A stretch of 64,000 bases of DNA from Sphyrna mokarran. Lineage: Eukaryota. The notes beneath the pieces were generated by a model. The model was not told where the DNA came from. It was given only the letters and a program-made list of their open reading frames with translations, and ran no database searches. A program made the translations under genes and the position numbers. Each line of letters opens with the position of its first letter. Position 1 is the stretch's first letter. The stretch covers positions 26,288,001 to 26,352,000 of the forward strand of contig JAGIQG010000024.1 of the NCBI GenBank assembly GCA_024679065.1. The letters run 5' to 3'. Of the stretch, positions 1 through 12,819 are shown in pieces.

Positions 1-477
1 TTCTTCTTCCTTGGTCATGCAATGCAATTGTATACTAAATTTCAACAGGCAAAATCATGAAGAACATTAAATACTGATAATAGAATATACAAACTCCAAT
101 GGAAAACTGAAAAAGGATAGTTCTTCAACTGCAAAGGACATGTAATTATAAAAAAAAATGATTGAAGTGCAGCATTGTCTAGACAGTTGGATATGCGCAA
201 ACTTCTATATTGTGACTACTCATAGTTAGTAACACAATCCCCAACATGTGTTAGCCTTCAATAATTTAGGTAACTGTGTGCTACAGCGCTGCGGGATAGT
301 TACACCAAACAAAGAATTGTCCAACATGCTTCTAATAAAATAATCAACAATTTAATCAAAACATATAGAAATTGTGAAACTTTTTATACTTCCTACTTTT
401 TTTTCCCCATTTTTTACATTTTGTGTGTATAATCATGTGTGTGAACGGTGTGCATTAGGTACCTCACCAGTCAGCAA

Positions 478-866
478 TCTGTACTAGGATCCCAACTGTT
501 CACATTATATTAATGATTTGGAACTGAATTTATTCTCTCACTTTTCAAATGAAACAAAGTTGGTGGGAGGGTGACCTGTGAGGAGGATGCAGAGATGCTT
601 CAGCATGGTTTGGACAGACTGTGAGAGTTAGCAGCTGCATGGCAGATGCAGTATAATGTGGACCAATAAGAGGTTATCCACTTTGGTAGCAATAAGTAGA
701 CAGATTATTACTTAAATTGGTGTAAATTGAGAGAGGTGAATACTCAATGAGACCTTGGAGCCCTCATGCATCAGACACTGAAAGTAAGCATGCAGGTACA
801 GCAGGTATAAAGAAGCAAAATGTACGTTGGCCTTCATAGCGAGAGGATTTGAGTATAGGGATAGGG
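478..866 (+). mobile_element. CR1-type LINE ORF2 fragment, decayed
   Basis: Remnants of LF.IYINDL, WQMQYN and GFEYR RT/C-terminal motifs. Confidence 0.8.
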
Positions 867-2123
867 TAATGTGCCCGAGAGATGCAGGCAGGTGTGGTCA
901 AGAGCGGGAAGTGTGGATATCTTGCAGAGAGGGAGATGGGAGTGAGAGAGAGAGAGGGGAAGAGATACGTGTATGAGAGAGAGGTCTGTGAACTCAGTGT
1001 GAGTGTCAGCTTTCCAGCATCGCTCCTCCCATTAAAATGGCTAAAGGCAAGAGTTAATTTTTTTTAAAATGAGAGAACTTTTTAGATTACTCACTCCTAA
1101 AGTGGATACTATCTCCAGGGGTTGATATTAAGGGTCCATGGGAGGGTGGCTTGGCCAGGGATTAATGTGAGTGGACTATGTAGCTGGTGAATATATTTGT
1201 GGTGGTCTGCCTCTCCCCAATTCCTAATATATACATAGAAATAGCTGGAAAAGACTTTTTTACATTTGATTTCTGTTTTCACAGCAAAAACGAGGCATTG
1301 ATATTATGAAAACATTTGGGGTTTCCCAATGCTCTTGGGAGATCACTAGGGATTCTGCAGCTTGCAAGTTTGGGAAACCATGACTTGGTTTAACAAAAAC
1401 CCATCTGCATAAGTCTATTTTTGAATTCTCAAATACCTCTTCAGGTAGACTAACAATTTTACCACTGAAAACTCTTCAGGGGTTTTCAAAGCTGGCTTTC
1501 ATTTCAGGAGATATTTTCTCAGCTGCCAATGAGGCATTTTTACTCTGCAAAAGATTCTAGCTTGTAACTTAGATTGATTATCGTATTAATTTAAATTAAC
1601 AGCAGTTATATTTAAACAGAACAGTTCTAAATCCTATGTGAAGATACAACTTAAAATCTCTCTATACTGTATGTAATAATGTCAAGCAAAAGAGGTGATG
1701 AGAATTATTCAAATGTTTGGCAGCAGATCTTAAAACTTTAGAAAGTTTGTTAATATTGTCTATTCTGCCATAGAGCATACTGTTTATTATCTACACCTTA
1801 AATGAACGTATTTGCCAAAGCATTACTTTATAAATACACAAAATCCATATCACACATTTAAAACTTCATTTCTAGAAACACAGTAGTGTTAATGATCCAA
1901 AACTTCAAACAATGATAACCCACCATTAACACTAGCCTATTTAAACTGTATACATTCCACATTATTTCCTCTAATAGACTCATGCCAAGAAAAGTACAAT
2001 AACAAATTGCTATTTGATATTATTTATATTTTATAAAACACAAGACTGAATCTTTATTTTTGATTTAAAGTGTGCAAAAAAATTAGCATTGATTTAAACT
2101 TATAAATAAATTAGTTGACCTAC

Positions 2124-2198
2124 TCTGTACTTGTTTTCTCCAATCTGCTCCACCTGAAACCGTTTTGCACATTTACACTGTGCCACTTGCCGTGTCAC
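2124..2198 (-). CDS. MACF1: MACF1 exon, start of GAR/GAS2 domain ([25 protein letters not shown])
   Basis: 75 nt, cag acceptor / gtaggt donor, phase 0-0; contains the zinc-binding CKC motif. Confidence 0.95.
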
Positions 2199-2728
2199 CT
2201 GTAAATCAGAATTTTTAAAGTTAGAAACTAAAATGAATCGAAGTGCGTCACCTACAAAAACTAGTTTTACATTACACATAAGCAGAATGTGGTAACTCTC
2301 AAGAATAAATCTAACTTTTTTTTAAACATGAAAGGTACTACCTGAAATACAGACTACGGCATTAAGGATTATAATTTGCAAGCGATAATCATGGAAAGCA
2401 GTTCCATCATATATAACTGATCAAGTTACAATAGTCTCCGAGAGCTTGACTCATTTTCTTTGGGGCCAGCGAAGGTGGGAGAAGGGTGAGGTTGATCATG
2501 TCAAGATGGTACAGGTTTGATGGATCAGTTGATACCCTCTTATCCCTATTCATGCGTGATCATCACTAATTCACCACACAGCACAGAAGAATTTCAGTCA
2601 TATTTTTGTCACATTTCACAGGAATGCTTCCTCTTTCTAATTTTAAGTATTTTCTTGTACTTGATTCTTAACCCAAGTGCAGGATTTGTATATGGCCTAT
2701 GTTGAAGTAAAGGCAGTGAACCATATAC

Positions 2729-2883
2729 CTCATCCTCAATTTTGTCAGCATCTGTAACAGGCCGGTAGGCATCTTTATTTGGATGAAGTGCGGCCACAAA
2801 TTCATAATAATCAATGTAACCATCTCCATCCCGGTCAAAGATGTCAGCAACAGCAGTCATTTCCAGTTTACTGGTGGGAAACT
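2729..2883 (-). CDS. MACF1: MACF1 exon, EF-hand 2 ([28 protein letters not shown]...KIEDE)
   Basis: 155 nt, GT-AG, canonical DxDxDGYIDxxE loop. Confidence 0.95.
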
Positions 2884-3270
2884 CTGAAATGTTAGACAAT
2901 AGAATATAAAATTGGATAAATTTATATGATTTTCACCAATTTTCAAGATCTTATGTCTTAGACCTTCTTCCTCACCCCATTATCACTCAGCCTTCATGCC
3001 AAGTCCGGGCTACTAATAACACAGACCTGCAAATTGCCAAACAGTCAATTACGAGCGAAGCTGCATCCTATTACTCTAAAATCAAGCACGCAGCAGCATC
3101 GCAATCAAAGTCCTGACATAGATGGACACACTTTTGAAGAAGTGATCCCTGTAAAAACTTAGCCCATCTCTCCAATGTAAAGCAAATAGTCCAGTGAAGG
3201 AATAAAGTTATATTTGACTCCAGAAGAACATTTTAGAAAATGAAAGAACAAACTTTATAAAACCAATTAC

Positions 3271-3433
3271 TTGACGACAGGATTCCATCAATGAACTCCT
3301 GTCTTGTGATCTTTCCATCTTGATCCTTATCAATGCGTCGGAAAAAGTCCATTACGCGGGACTTCTTATGGTTCATCCATCGCATGTATTTTTTTCGCCA
3401 AACGTCAAAGTCAAAGTTGGCAAATTCTTTCAA
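3271..3433 (-). CDS. MACF1: MACF1 exon, EF-hand 1 ([12 protein letters not shown]...[20 protein letters not shown])
   Basis: 163 nt, GT-AG, phase 0-1. Confidence 0.95.
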
Positions 3434-3559
3434 CTGAAATTGAAAGAAAGGTTTCATTGGAAAATTAAAAAACAGACGCAATTAGGCTGCACAGATTGCA
3501 TAATGCTCAGACTTTAAATATTTCTATAAAAAATATTTTAAAAATAGCCATATGGGATT

Positions 3560-4147
3560 TTGACTTTTTAAATAGAAGTTAGGATACAAATCAAGGAAGT
3601 TATTCTAAATTCTTACAAATGATTAAGCCTCAGTTAGAATACAGTATCCAGTTCTGAGCAGCATACTCCAGGAAAAAGATCCTGGAAAAATTAGTTACCA
3701 GAATTATGCAAGAGATTTCAGTTAAGAGAATAGACAAAAAAGTGGGTTGTTTCCCAAAGAGCAAAGATGGTTAAAGGCAAATTTCATAGGAGTGGTCAAA
3801 ATGATGAGGGGTTTGATAGAGCAATTAAGTAGAAAATGTTTCGTGTGTCAGTAACCAGAGGACACAGATTAGAGATAACTGGCAGAAAAACCAAAATGAA
3901 AACAAACAGAAATAATTTTAAACACAGTCTGATATTGCGATCAGGAATGCATTTCCTAAACTGGTAATGAAAACTGATTCAATAGTAATTTACAAAAGGG
4001 AACTGGATATACATGTGAAAAGAAAAAGAAATCTGAGCTATTGGAAAAGGTTATGGAGGGGGGCTAACTGCTTAGCTCTTTCCAAGAGCTGGCAAAGTCT
4101 CAAGGAGCTGAACAGCCTCTTTCTGTGTTGTTAGATTCTATGATTCA
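3560..4147 (+). mobile_element. CR1 LINE 3' fragment
   Basis: LEY..QFW-like remnant and ATTCTATGATTC tail. Confidence 0.75.
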
Positions 4148-4196
4148 TAGGTCATATACCATAATACAACATGCTTTTGCAAATTAAAGCCCTTAC

Positions 4197-4366
4197 TTCC
4201 TCCAACCGGTCCAAACAGTCATGCAGCTTCCGCTGTCTCTCTAGTGCCAGTAACCAGACTTGCTGCCACCTGCCAGAAAGCAAATTTATCCGGGGATTCT
4301 TTGCTTCAATCTGTGACGGGATAGCAGTGGGTGCAGGTGGATTAGTAATCTGATTCAGAGGTTTCC
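4197..4366 (-). CDS. MACF1: MACF1 exon (KPLNQIT...[25 protein letters not shown])
   Basis: 170 nt, GT-AG, phase 1-0. Confidence 0.93.
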
Positions 4367-4825
4367 CTGTAACACACAAAGAAAATGATCACCAGATGTT
4401 GATTACTATGGTATTTTAAGTTGTATTGGTCATAGGATCCAAATGGTTATAAAGTCTCTAATAAAAGAGATATCACTTCAAACTTACTGTTTTCAATAAA
4501 CAAGTACTAATTTAGCTAATGCTCCTAAAAGAAAAATCAGCTTTGAAGAATATAGTAGACTGAAACTCAAAATTAAATCAACATGATATAATGCAATCAA
4601 TAATTCATAAAGTAAATAAGGCAAAACTATTCAAAGTTATTTATTCATTCCTGACCATATTTTAAATAAAAAAAAAATCATTCAGTACTCAATAGTTATT
4701 CATCAAATATTACATCTATTCATTTAGTAAATTGTGACCAAAGCAATAATTATAGTTCTGAGGGCGATCTTTCCCTGAGTTTGATCTGTATTCTATTACC
4801 GCTTTGTTGAATGAAACAGGCTTAC

Positions 4826-4922
4826 TTCCTCGCATGTGGGATGGTTCTACTGCTTTCCGCTTGTATGTTTTTGTTACTTTGTCCACATCTGGCTGCTTCC
4901 GTGTCATTTCTTCCATGAAAGA
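4826..4922 (-). CDS. MACF1: MACF1 exon ([32 protein letters not shown])
   Basis: 97 nt, cag / gtaagc, phase 0-1. Confidence 0.93.
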
Positions 4923-5228
4923 CTGAGTAAAGAAAGATAATTGAAGAAGGAAGTGGACAAACAATTAATAATAGTTGGGAATATTTGATGATTTCATTTA
5001 ATTTGAGCTTGAAAATACCAACAGTGGGTTCTTCCATTCATTGAACTGAAAAATATATTTACTTTTCCAAAATATCACTGAAAAATCAGTATCTGACTAT
5101 TAGGGTATAGTTGTGTATTGTGGTGCTGGACAAGGTTCAGGCTTCAAACATATCATGGTTCTTCATGAAACTGAATTCAATAAAGGTAATAATTCATAGG
5201 CTGGTACCAGACTGTGATCATAAAAGCT

Positions 5229-6343
5229 CAGTAAGAAGTCTCACAATACCGGGTTAAAAATCCAACAGGTTTATTTAGTAGCACAAGCTTTGGGAGCATT
5301 GCTCCTTCTTCAGGTGAGTGAGGAGTTGTGTTCACAAACAGGGTGCACATCGACACAGATTCAATTTACAAGATAATGGTTGGAATGTGAATCTTTACAG
5401 GTACAGACAATGCGAGTGGAGAGGGGGTCAAACACAGATTAAAGAGGTGAAAATTGTTTCAAGCCAGGACAGTTCGTGAGATTCTCCAGAACCTTCACCA
5501 TGTCATTGATGAAAACGAACATCTTGTCAAGGCCATTCCCACATCTCCATTTCTTGCCTTCAAACAAACCATTGTCCATAACAAATCACCCAGCCTTCAC
5601 GAGAACAGTGACCACGACATCACAACCCTGTCACAACAACCTCTGCAAGGTATGCCGGATCATCGGCACGGGTGTCATCATCTCACAAGAGAGTACCAAC
5701 CACCAGGTACACTGTACATACTCTGGTGACTCAGCCAACATTGTCTACGTCATATGCTGCAGGAAAGGATACCCTGACACATAATACATTGGCGAGACCA
5801 TGCAGATATATGACAACAGATGAATGAACACCACTTGACTATGACCAGGCAGATGTTTTCTCTTCTTGTCAGGGAACACTTCAACAGTCGAGGCCATTTT
5901 CCAAGGTGGCCTTCATGACACCCAATGTAGAATCGCCAAGCAGAAACTGATAGCTGAGTTCCACACACAAGGACAGCCCGAACTGGGATCTTGAGTTCAA
6001 GTCACACTATCTGTAACTCCACGACTTACCTAGGCTTGCAAAATCTCACTAACAGTCCTGGCTTGAGACAATTCACACCTCTTTAACCTATGCTTAACCC
6101 TCTCTCCACTCATTGTCTGTACCTGCAAAGAATTGATTATCTGTAAAGATTTTCATTCCAACCATTATCTTGTAAATTGAGTCTATGTATGCCTTGTTTG
6201 TGAACATAACTCTTCATTCACCTAAAGAAGAAATGCTCCAAAAGCTTGTGTTATCAAATAAACCTGTTGGACTTTAAATCTGATGTTGTGAGACTTCTTA
6301 CTGTGCTTATCCCAGTCCAACGACAGCATCTCCACATCATGGC
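5229..6343 (+). mobile_element. Penelope-like element remnant with GIY-YIG endonuclease and inverted pseudo-LTR arms
   Basis: NIVYVICCRKGYPDT*YIGETMQ at about 5737-5805; arms 5229-5483 and 6042-6303 are diverged reverse complements. Confidence 0.88.
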
Positions 6344-7435
6344 TACCATAAAACCTGCTAGTTTTAGCACCAGGGAAAAAGGACATGAAATCTCTTAGAG
6401 AGTCTGGTCTGTACTTCACTTGTACACTACGTGATTAAGTACTCGAGCAATAAATGTTGCATTGTCAGCGTCACAGCCAAATAATAGGAACTAACTTTTA
6501 AAAAGGTAATCTTGGGACTTCGGTAGACTAAGTTAACTAGTGCTTTTCAGGTAGTATATTAGTCCAGCTGGTTTTTAAGTCAATTTGCTGCTGTAATGAT
6601 TGTGAAAACTGGCAGCATTTGCCATCATACTCTACTGAAACTGACAGTCAGTAGTAGATCCAGAATAATGTGGAAAGCCAGAAGTCGCTGTCAATGAGTT
6701 TATGATCCTTCAAAGCTCCTATTGCAGTCTGCAATCTTGCACGTAATCATTGTTTAACAAGAACCTCTACTCTAAATTGGTTAGCTTTACAGTTAAAATC
6801 CCTAGAAAAAGTTATGCCTTGTATAAAATGCAATGGCTTTTTAACAGGAAATAACTTCAAGCTACCGCTACACATCTTTGTTGCCTCTGTAAATCTAATT
6901 TTATATTTAGAGTTTAAAAATTTATCCACAATTATTTAAAAATCCATATATTTTTACAACTTTTTAAAAAAATCATTATTTTCATTTTAGATTTTTTATT
7001 CTTAATAGTCAAACATCTATTTCGTTACCTGACAATTTAAATTAAAAGTGCGGGTTTCAAGTGCTTTCAATTTCCTGGTTTGCTTTGTGTGAAAAATTAA
7101 ATATGTTTGGCTGCCTAACATCATTGTTGCTACATGCTAAGACATCCCCTTGACTTGGCACTGGGGAAATGTCCACCACAAATATCTTTAGATCTATGTG
7201 GACAGCTTTCTTTGAGGCCTCAGTGGGTGGCCTTGCTTTGCTGCTGACCGCAAAGTCCTGGCCATAAAGCACAATATCTAATGAATTATGAATCACAGAA
7301 AACACAAAGTTCACATTTTGATTGCTGAGCTAGAAATGTATCAGTCAATAAAACTGCTTTACAACAAACAGATTAAGAAACACTTTTATCAAAATACTTG
7401 TTGCTCATCTGAGGCAGAAGAAGCTTCGAATATAC

Positions 7436-7624
7436 CTGGTGCTCTGTGATAAGCGTTTTGACCTGTTCAATGTCCTTTGGCATAGAGTCTTGATCCCTCT
7501 GTACAAGCGTAGTTTCAGCCCACTGTAACCAGGCCAACAATTCATCCAACAATTCTGCATTGGTAACCAACTCTGATAGCGCGGTTGCCAATCGTTGCTG
7601 GTGCTGTTTTGCCCACGTCAACAC
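7436..7624 (-). CDS. MACF1: MACF1 spectrin-repeat exon ([12 protein letters not shown]...ITEHQ)
   Basis: 189 nt, GT-AG, phase 0-0. Confidence 0.94.
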
Positions 7625-9039
7625 CTAGAGATAGGATGACAAAAATAAAAATGATACATGTTCCTTTTTTTGGCTTGGTAACAAACATAAAAATCCATAG
7701 GTAGAAAATCTTGATTATGAAAAAGTCTACTGCTTGCTAAAGGTTCCTTTTAAAATACATAACACTTGAATTTTTCAGACAATATCTTTGCCAAATATTG
7801 CATCATTAAAAACATACACAGAGCCTGAGAAGTTGTAAGAACACACTGTTCTTTATTTAGAATGCTTAAGCGAGTGCTGCTGTTAAGTCTTTAAGGAGAA
7901 ATTAGTATCCAGAACTTCAAGCCTATTTCCAGTTTATTTAAAGTAACAAATATACAACAAGGAACCACAGCTGACAATTTGTATCCATGCTACGAATCAC
8001 AGTATGTCTATTCTAAATAACATAAATATTCTATTTACATCAAGGTGATCCTTGATATAGCACAGATAACCAATGAGCATCCAGGCCAAGCCAATATCTG
8101 AGCCTGTAAAATGCTTAGATCAGGTTCTTGGTATCCAATACCAACGGTGGACTCCTGCAATCTCTTTAATCCTAGCCCTTCCGATTGTTAGGATATTTCC
8201 AGTTCTTCATTTGCAATTGTGAAGACAAAGCAGTTCAGTTGGATGGCTCTGACCAGAAGATGGGATTCGGATCGTGCACCAGATTAAGTTTAGTAGGCGC
8301 CAGTGGTAATATTTCCTCCTTCAATGTGAGGATGCCCGTATTCTGCTGGTCTGCAGTCATCCATCATGTTGAGTCCATCTCTTTGGTCAGCAGGACCAAA
8401 GGAATGAGCTGAAACTACAAATGGAGCAGGCCATAAATCCCACTCAAGTCCACCCACTCTAAATTGGGCATAAAATTATATTCCTAGTTGTGCCACTGAA
8501 CCACACAATGGGTGGTATGAAGTGTTGAGATAAAAATGATCATAATTAGGTGTAGTTATTAATTTAAAACATATTCTGAAGAGACACCAAACTTATAAAA
8601 ATGCCAGTCGGAAGCTTTTATTCTCGCCCAATATACAATCTGCTCTCAATAATGATATCAACTTCATGGAATAAAAATATATTTTAATATTAATAATTAC
8701 CTGTGATATCAGAAATATCTTCTCGCACATAATTAACTTTCGGGTAATATCATATAAAATAATGTTGGTTAAACACTATGAATGAAAGTCTAAGAACAAA
8801 GGTACTGTTATAATTATAGTGGAGCAAGAAACTGTGAAAAGGGAAGGGACATAAGAACTTAAATAGATCATATGGTCCCTCAAGCTTATTCTGCCAATTA
8901 GAGAAAGGGAAAACATAGAACATTGCAACAGTGAGGTTTCCTTATCTCACACATTATCACTTAACATACATTTAACTTAGAAGAAATAGCTTTTAAAACT
9001 GCAGTATCACTGCAATCAATTTCACTGTCCCCCCGCTGG

Positions 9040-9890
9040 ATGACTGATATAGTAACCAGAAGCAGAGGATGATCATTTGGCCCTTTGAGACTGCTCCGCC
9101 ATTCATTTTGATCATGGCTGATCATCAAATTCAATACCCTGATTTCCTCCTTTCCCTCCATATCCCTTTAGTCTCCAGAGCCATATCTAATTTCTTCTTG
9201 AACTCAGACAACGTTTTGGCCTCAACTACATTCTACTCATTCACCACCCTCTGGGTGAAGAAATTCCTCCTCATTTCAGTTCTAAAATTTTCCTAACCCT
9301 CAAAATGTGACCTCTGGTTCTGGACTCTCTCCCTACCATTGGGAACATGCTTTCTGAATCCAAACTGCCTTAGTCTCTCATATGACACTTCTGCCATCCC
9401 AGGGATAGCCTGGTAAACCTTTGCTACACTCCCTCTGTAGCAAGGATATCCTTCCTCAGATAAGGACATCAAAACTGCACACAATATTCCAGGTGTGGTT
9501 CACCAATGCCCTATACAATTACAGCAAAACATCCCTATCACTATACTCAAAACCTCTCACTATGAAGGACAACATAGCATTTGCCTTCTTTACTGTCTGC
9601 TGTACCTGTATGCTTGGTCTCATTGAATATCCACCTTTCTCAATTTACATCTAAATAATAATCTGTCTTCCTATTATTGCTATCAAAGTGGATAAACTCA
9701 CATTTATTCACATTATACTGTATTTGCCATGCATATGCCCACACATACAGCTGTCCAAATGATGCTGAAACATCTCTGCATCCTCCTCTCAGTGCATCCT
9801 CCCACCCAACTTTGTATCATCTGCAAGTCTGGAGATAATACATTCAGTTTCCTCTTCCAAATCATTAATATATACACACACTTCATCAGC
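9040..9890 (-). mobile_element. CR1 LINE 3' fragment
   Basis: Minus-strand TKLGGR, FE..RD and QFW-like remnants plus CR1 3' UTR. Confidence 0.82.
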
Positions 9891-10429
9891 AAAGACTGTG
9901 ATGTAATCGTCAACATGCAACTTTAGTTCCATGGCTCATCATTATACAGTATAAGAATAAAATGCAGCTAAGAAATTAACTAATTTTCTTACGCTTGCCA
10001 GCAACAAGGGGCCTTGCTGGACAAAACCAGCTGATCAATTTACATGTTGCAATGCAAAAGTTCTAAATAAGTTTCATTACAAAGCTAAAATTTAAGATTG
10101 CATGCAAAATGTTTTCACTTTGGGTAAGTCTTCACCTATAGAGCGCACACACTGCTCAGATACAAAACAGATATGAGCTGCTCAAGTTCAGTTTTTTTGT
10201 AACCACTACTGTTTTACAATGATGTGCTGCCATTCCTCTAGAGCTGCTGCATCATCAAATTCTTCATTCCCAATCATGCTCTAAAGGTAGACTATTCATT
10301 TGCCAATAGACTTTCTGAAGCAGCAGAAATCCTCAAATTACAGTTGCAGGCTATTCGTTCCCACTCCAAGCTGTGTGTTCATGACAACTGAGTTGCTGGA
10401 GGAACTACAGAGCAGACGCAGGCTCTTAC

Positions 10430-10432
10430 CTT
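10430..10432 (-). CDS. MACF1: Candidate 3-nt microexon (AAG, Lys)
   Basis: Minus strand reads tctctctttatcctgctttgctttccgtag|AAG|gtaaga, within a phase-0 intron. Confidence 0.6.
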
Positions 10433-10841
10433 CTACGGAAAGCAAAGCAGGATAAAGAGAGACACAATTTTGCACTTTACTTAGATTAATCTTCTGTTTG
10501 CGTAATTTTGCCACAAATTCTTATCAACTTTACATTAGAATTCCAAATGATTAGTTCAACATATAAGTGTATGCAATAAGAAATACCACCCAAAGACATT
10601 TTCCTGTTTTCCTAAAAAAGCTGTTCAAAACTAATATATTTACTCTCTGGTAGTAACGTTAGAAGAGAACTCATCATTCCAGGGTTTAAAAAAGTAGACG
10701 TCACCATTGTAACTAATAGAACATTTAAAGTTAATAAAAATATTGTTTTATTTAAAAATTAAGTGCTTGAATCCAATTTTAAGTAATCATTCAACTTTTC
10801 ATGAATCTGAAATTATCTGCTTTATTTCCTCTCCAACTTAC

Positions 10842-10985
10842 TTCTTCGAAGCGGGCTCGGATAATTGTGATCCAGTGTTTGACAGTGGTCACACAGTCTG
10901 GGTGGCACACTGCTAAAATGGCCTCTCCCATTCCAGCCGTTTTATTCACATCTACACGTTTCTCTTCCACTTTCTTCATGAATTC
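10842..10985 (-). CDS. MACF1: MACF1 exon ([10 protein letters not shown]...IIRARFEE)
   Basis: 144 nt, GT-AG. Confidence 0.94.
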
Positions 10986-11203
10986 CTGGAACATTCAAAA
11001 ATTAACAACTCTTATGAAAGGACACTACATTCAAGAAACCAAAGTTCTGAATGGGATTTGAGTTAAATCTTTAACACTAAACAGATAAAAATATCTCTGT
11101 TGAACATGAATTTATGGATTAATCTGTAACCCATTTCTTCTATCAATGCACTGAATCTTTTAAAGGCAAAGAATTTCAGTTCACAATTCAACTATGCACT
11201 CAC

Positions 11204-11332
11204 CTTGTGTAAATCTATCAAGGATTGCAGAGCCTCCACATCATCTGGTAGAACTCCTCGGAATCGAAGTGACTGCTCAGCCTCAGAAAGCCATTCCAGG
11301 AGAGCGTGGACTGCATTGCGGAATTCCTCTGC
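11204..11332 (-). CDS. MACF1: MACF1 exon ([26 protein letters not shown]...DLHK)
   Basis: 129 nt, cag / gtgagt; not in the ORF track. Confidence 0.94.
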
Positions 11333-11639
11333 CTGTGGCAGAGTTCAATAATGACATACATTAGTTGTTTTCTGATATTTAAATGAGACATTGCATTGAT
11401 ATTTCAAATAAATTCTATGCACATAAAAAAAGAAAATCTAACTTTAATTTACAATTAAGTTAGCACTTCACATTACTTTGAATGACCATGAAAAAAGATA
11501 ATTGTGAATCACTGGGTCTGTACAATTTCATATGACTACACCACATAAAAGTAATTGATTTTGATAGATTGTTTGTCACCCAAATTTCACTTGAGGAAAA
11601 ATCCCAATTATTAATCAAAACTCTTGTCTTCATGGCGAG

Positions 11640-12130
11640 AGCTTAGGAACTGCAGATGAGCAGAAGCATTTAGACATCAATGCACAGAAATCACTGGAAA
11701 CTAGCGCACAAAATGCAATCCAAATGATAAGAAAATCTTGCCTTTATCTCAAAAGGGACTGGAATAAAGAGGGGAGAAAATTATACTTCATCGTACAAAG
11801 CCTTGGAACATATCTGGAGTAATGCATTCAGTTTTGGCACATATTTCAGGAGGGTAAATTTACTAGAATGATATCAGTTCTTAAAAACTTAAATTATGAG
11901 GGCAACTTGCATAAATCTTGTTCGCGCATCCTGAGTTTAGAAGTTGAGAGTTGATCTTATCTATGAGATTCAATATCCATACAAGGGGCTCCAATCTTTA
12001 AATTAAAATGTCATTCAGGAGTGAATTCAGGAAGCATTTTTTCATTTGAAGGGTAATAAAATCCAGAATTCTTCCCAAAAGGCAATGCATGTTGGACAAA
12101 CTGAAACTTTCAAGACCAAGCTTGATAGCC
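11640..12130 (+). mobile_element. CR1 LINE fragment, strongly decayed
   Basis: HLE.CIQFW-like and FFx.RV remnants. Confidence 0.65.
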
Positions 12131-12235
12131 GAAGGTCATCAAAACATTAGCTCTATTCTCTCTATACAGATGCTGTCTAGCCTACTGAGTGTTTGCAGCA
12201 TTTTTTGTTTTTGTTTCAGGTTCCAGCCCCCACAG
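12125..12235 (+). repeat. Penelope-derived terminal repeat fragment
   Basis: ctctattctctctatacagatgctgtctagcctactgagtgtttgcagca...tttcaggttccagc; similar to 25455-25530. Confidence 0.55.
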
Positions 12236-12419
12236 TGCTTTTATATTACATTGATCTTTTGGTATTAGTTACAGCGTTATCTCCATCAATGTAAAATTGG
12301 GACCAGCATCACAGCAGTACGAAATACTCCATTATATTATGTAGGCAGCTAATGTGCACCTCCTTTGCCTGGTTTTAAGTTGCACAATTTTATCATTAAT
12401 TACTACAATGTGTTCTCAC

Positions 12420-12614
12420 CTGCTTAAGTGCTTGCTCAAGTCGTGTCTGTTTAGAAACAGAGAGCTTACAGACTGTGTCCCACCGAATGCTCAGTTCCTG
12501 CAGCTGAACTTTCACCCACGTTGTATCGTCGCGACTATTTTCAATCAATTCACGAGCTGATCGTTTTAGTACTTGTACACTACTGGTTCGCTTACCAAGT
12601 TCTTTCTGGAAAAC
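12420..12614 (-). CDS. MACF1: MACF1 exon ([12 protein letters not shown]...LEQALKQ)
   Basis: 195 nt, GT-AG. Confidence 0.94.
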
Positions 12615-12819
12615 CTGCATGAAAAAGAAAATGTTTCAATGCTTAATATGAAATAGAGCTTAAGAAATCAAAAATTTAACTTAACTTTTCAGCACAAACA
12701 AAAAGCCTCAAAAATTGATAGAGACACGTGGTTATATAGGATCATCTGCTGGCTATTAAATATTTTAACAAAGCAACATAAGGATGGAACGTAATGCTTT
12801 CTTAACAATAACAGTTTAC

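Noticed and set aside
882-1067. 61-aa ORF over a GA-rich tract
   Set aside because: Product of (GA)n low-complexity sequence next to repeat fragments.
1-2123. FFLGNQ-type 18-nt microexon and the remaining GAR exons
   Set aside because: No matching sequence found; presumably beyond the left edge of the window.
7021-7050. AG|GTAAC and AG|GTAAT recursive-like sites (here and near 40180)
   Set aside because: Weak pyrimidine tracts; expected by chance.
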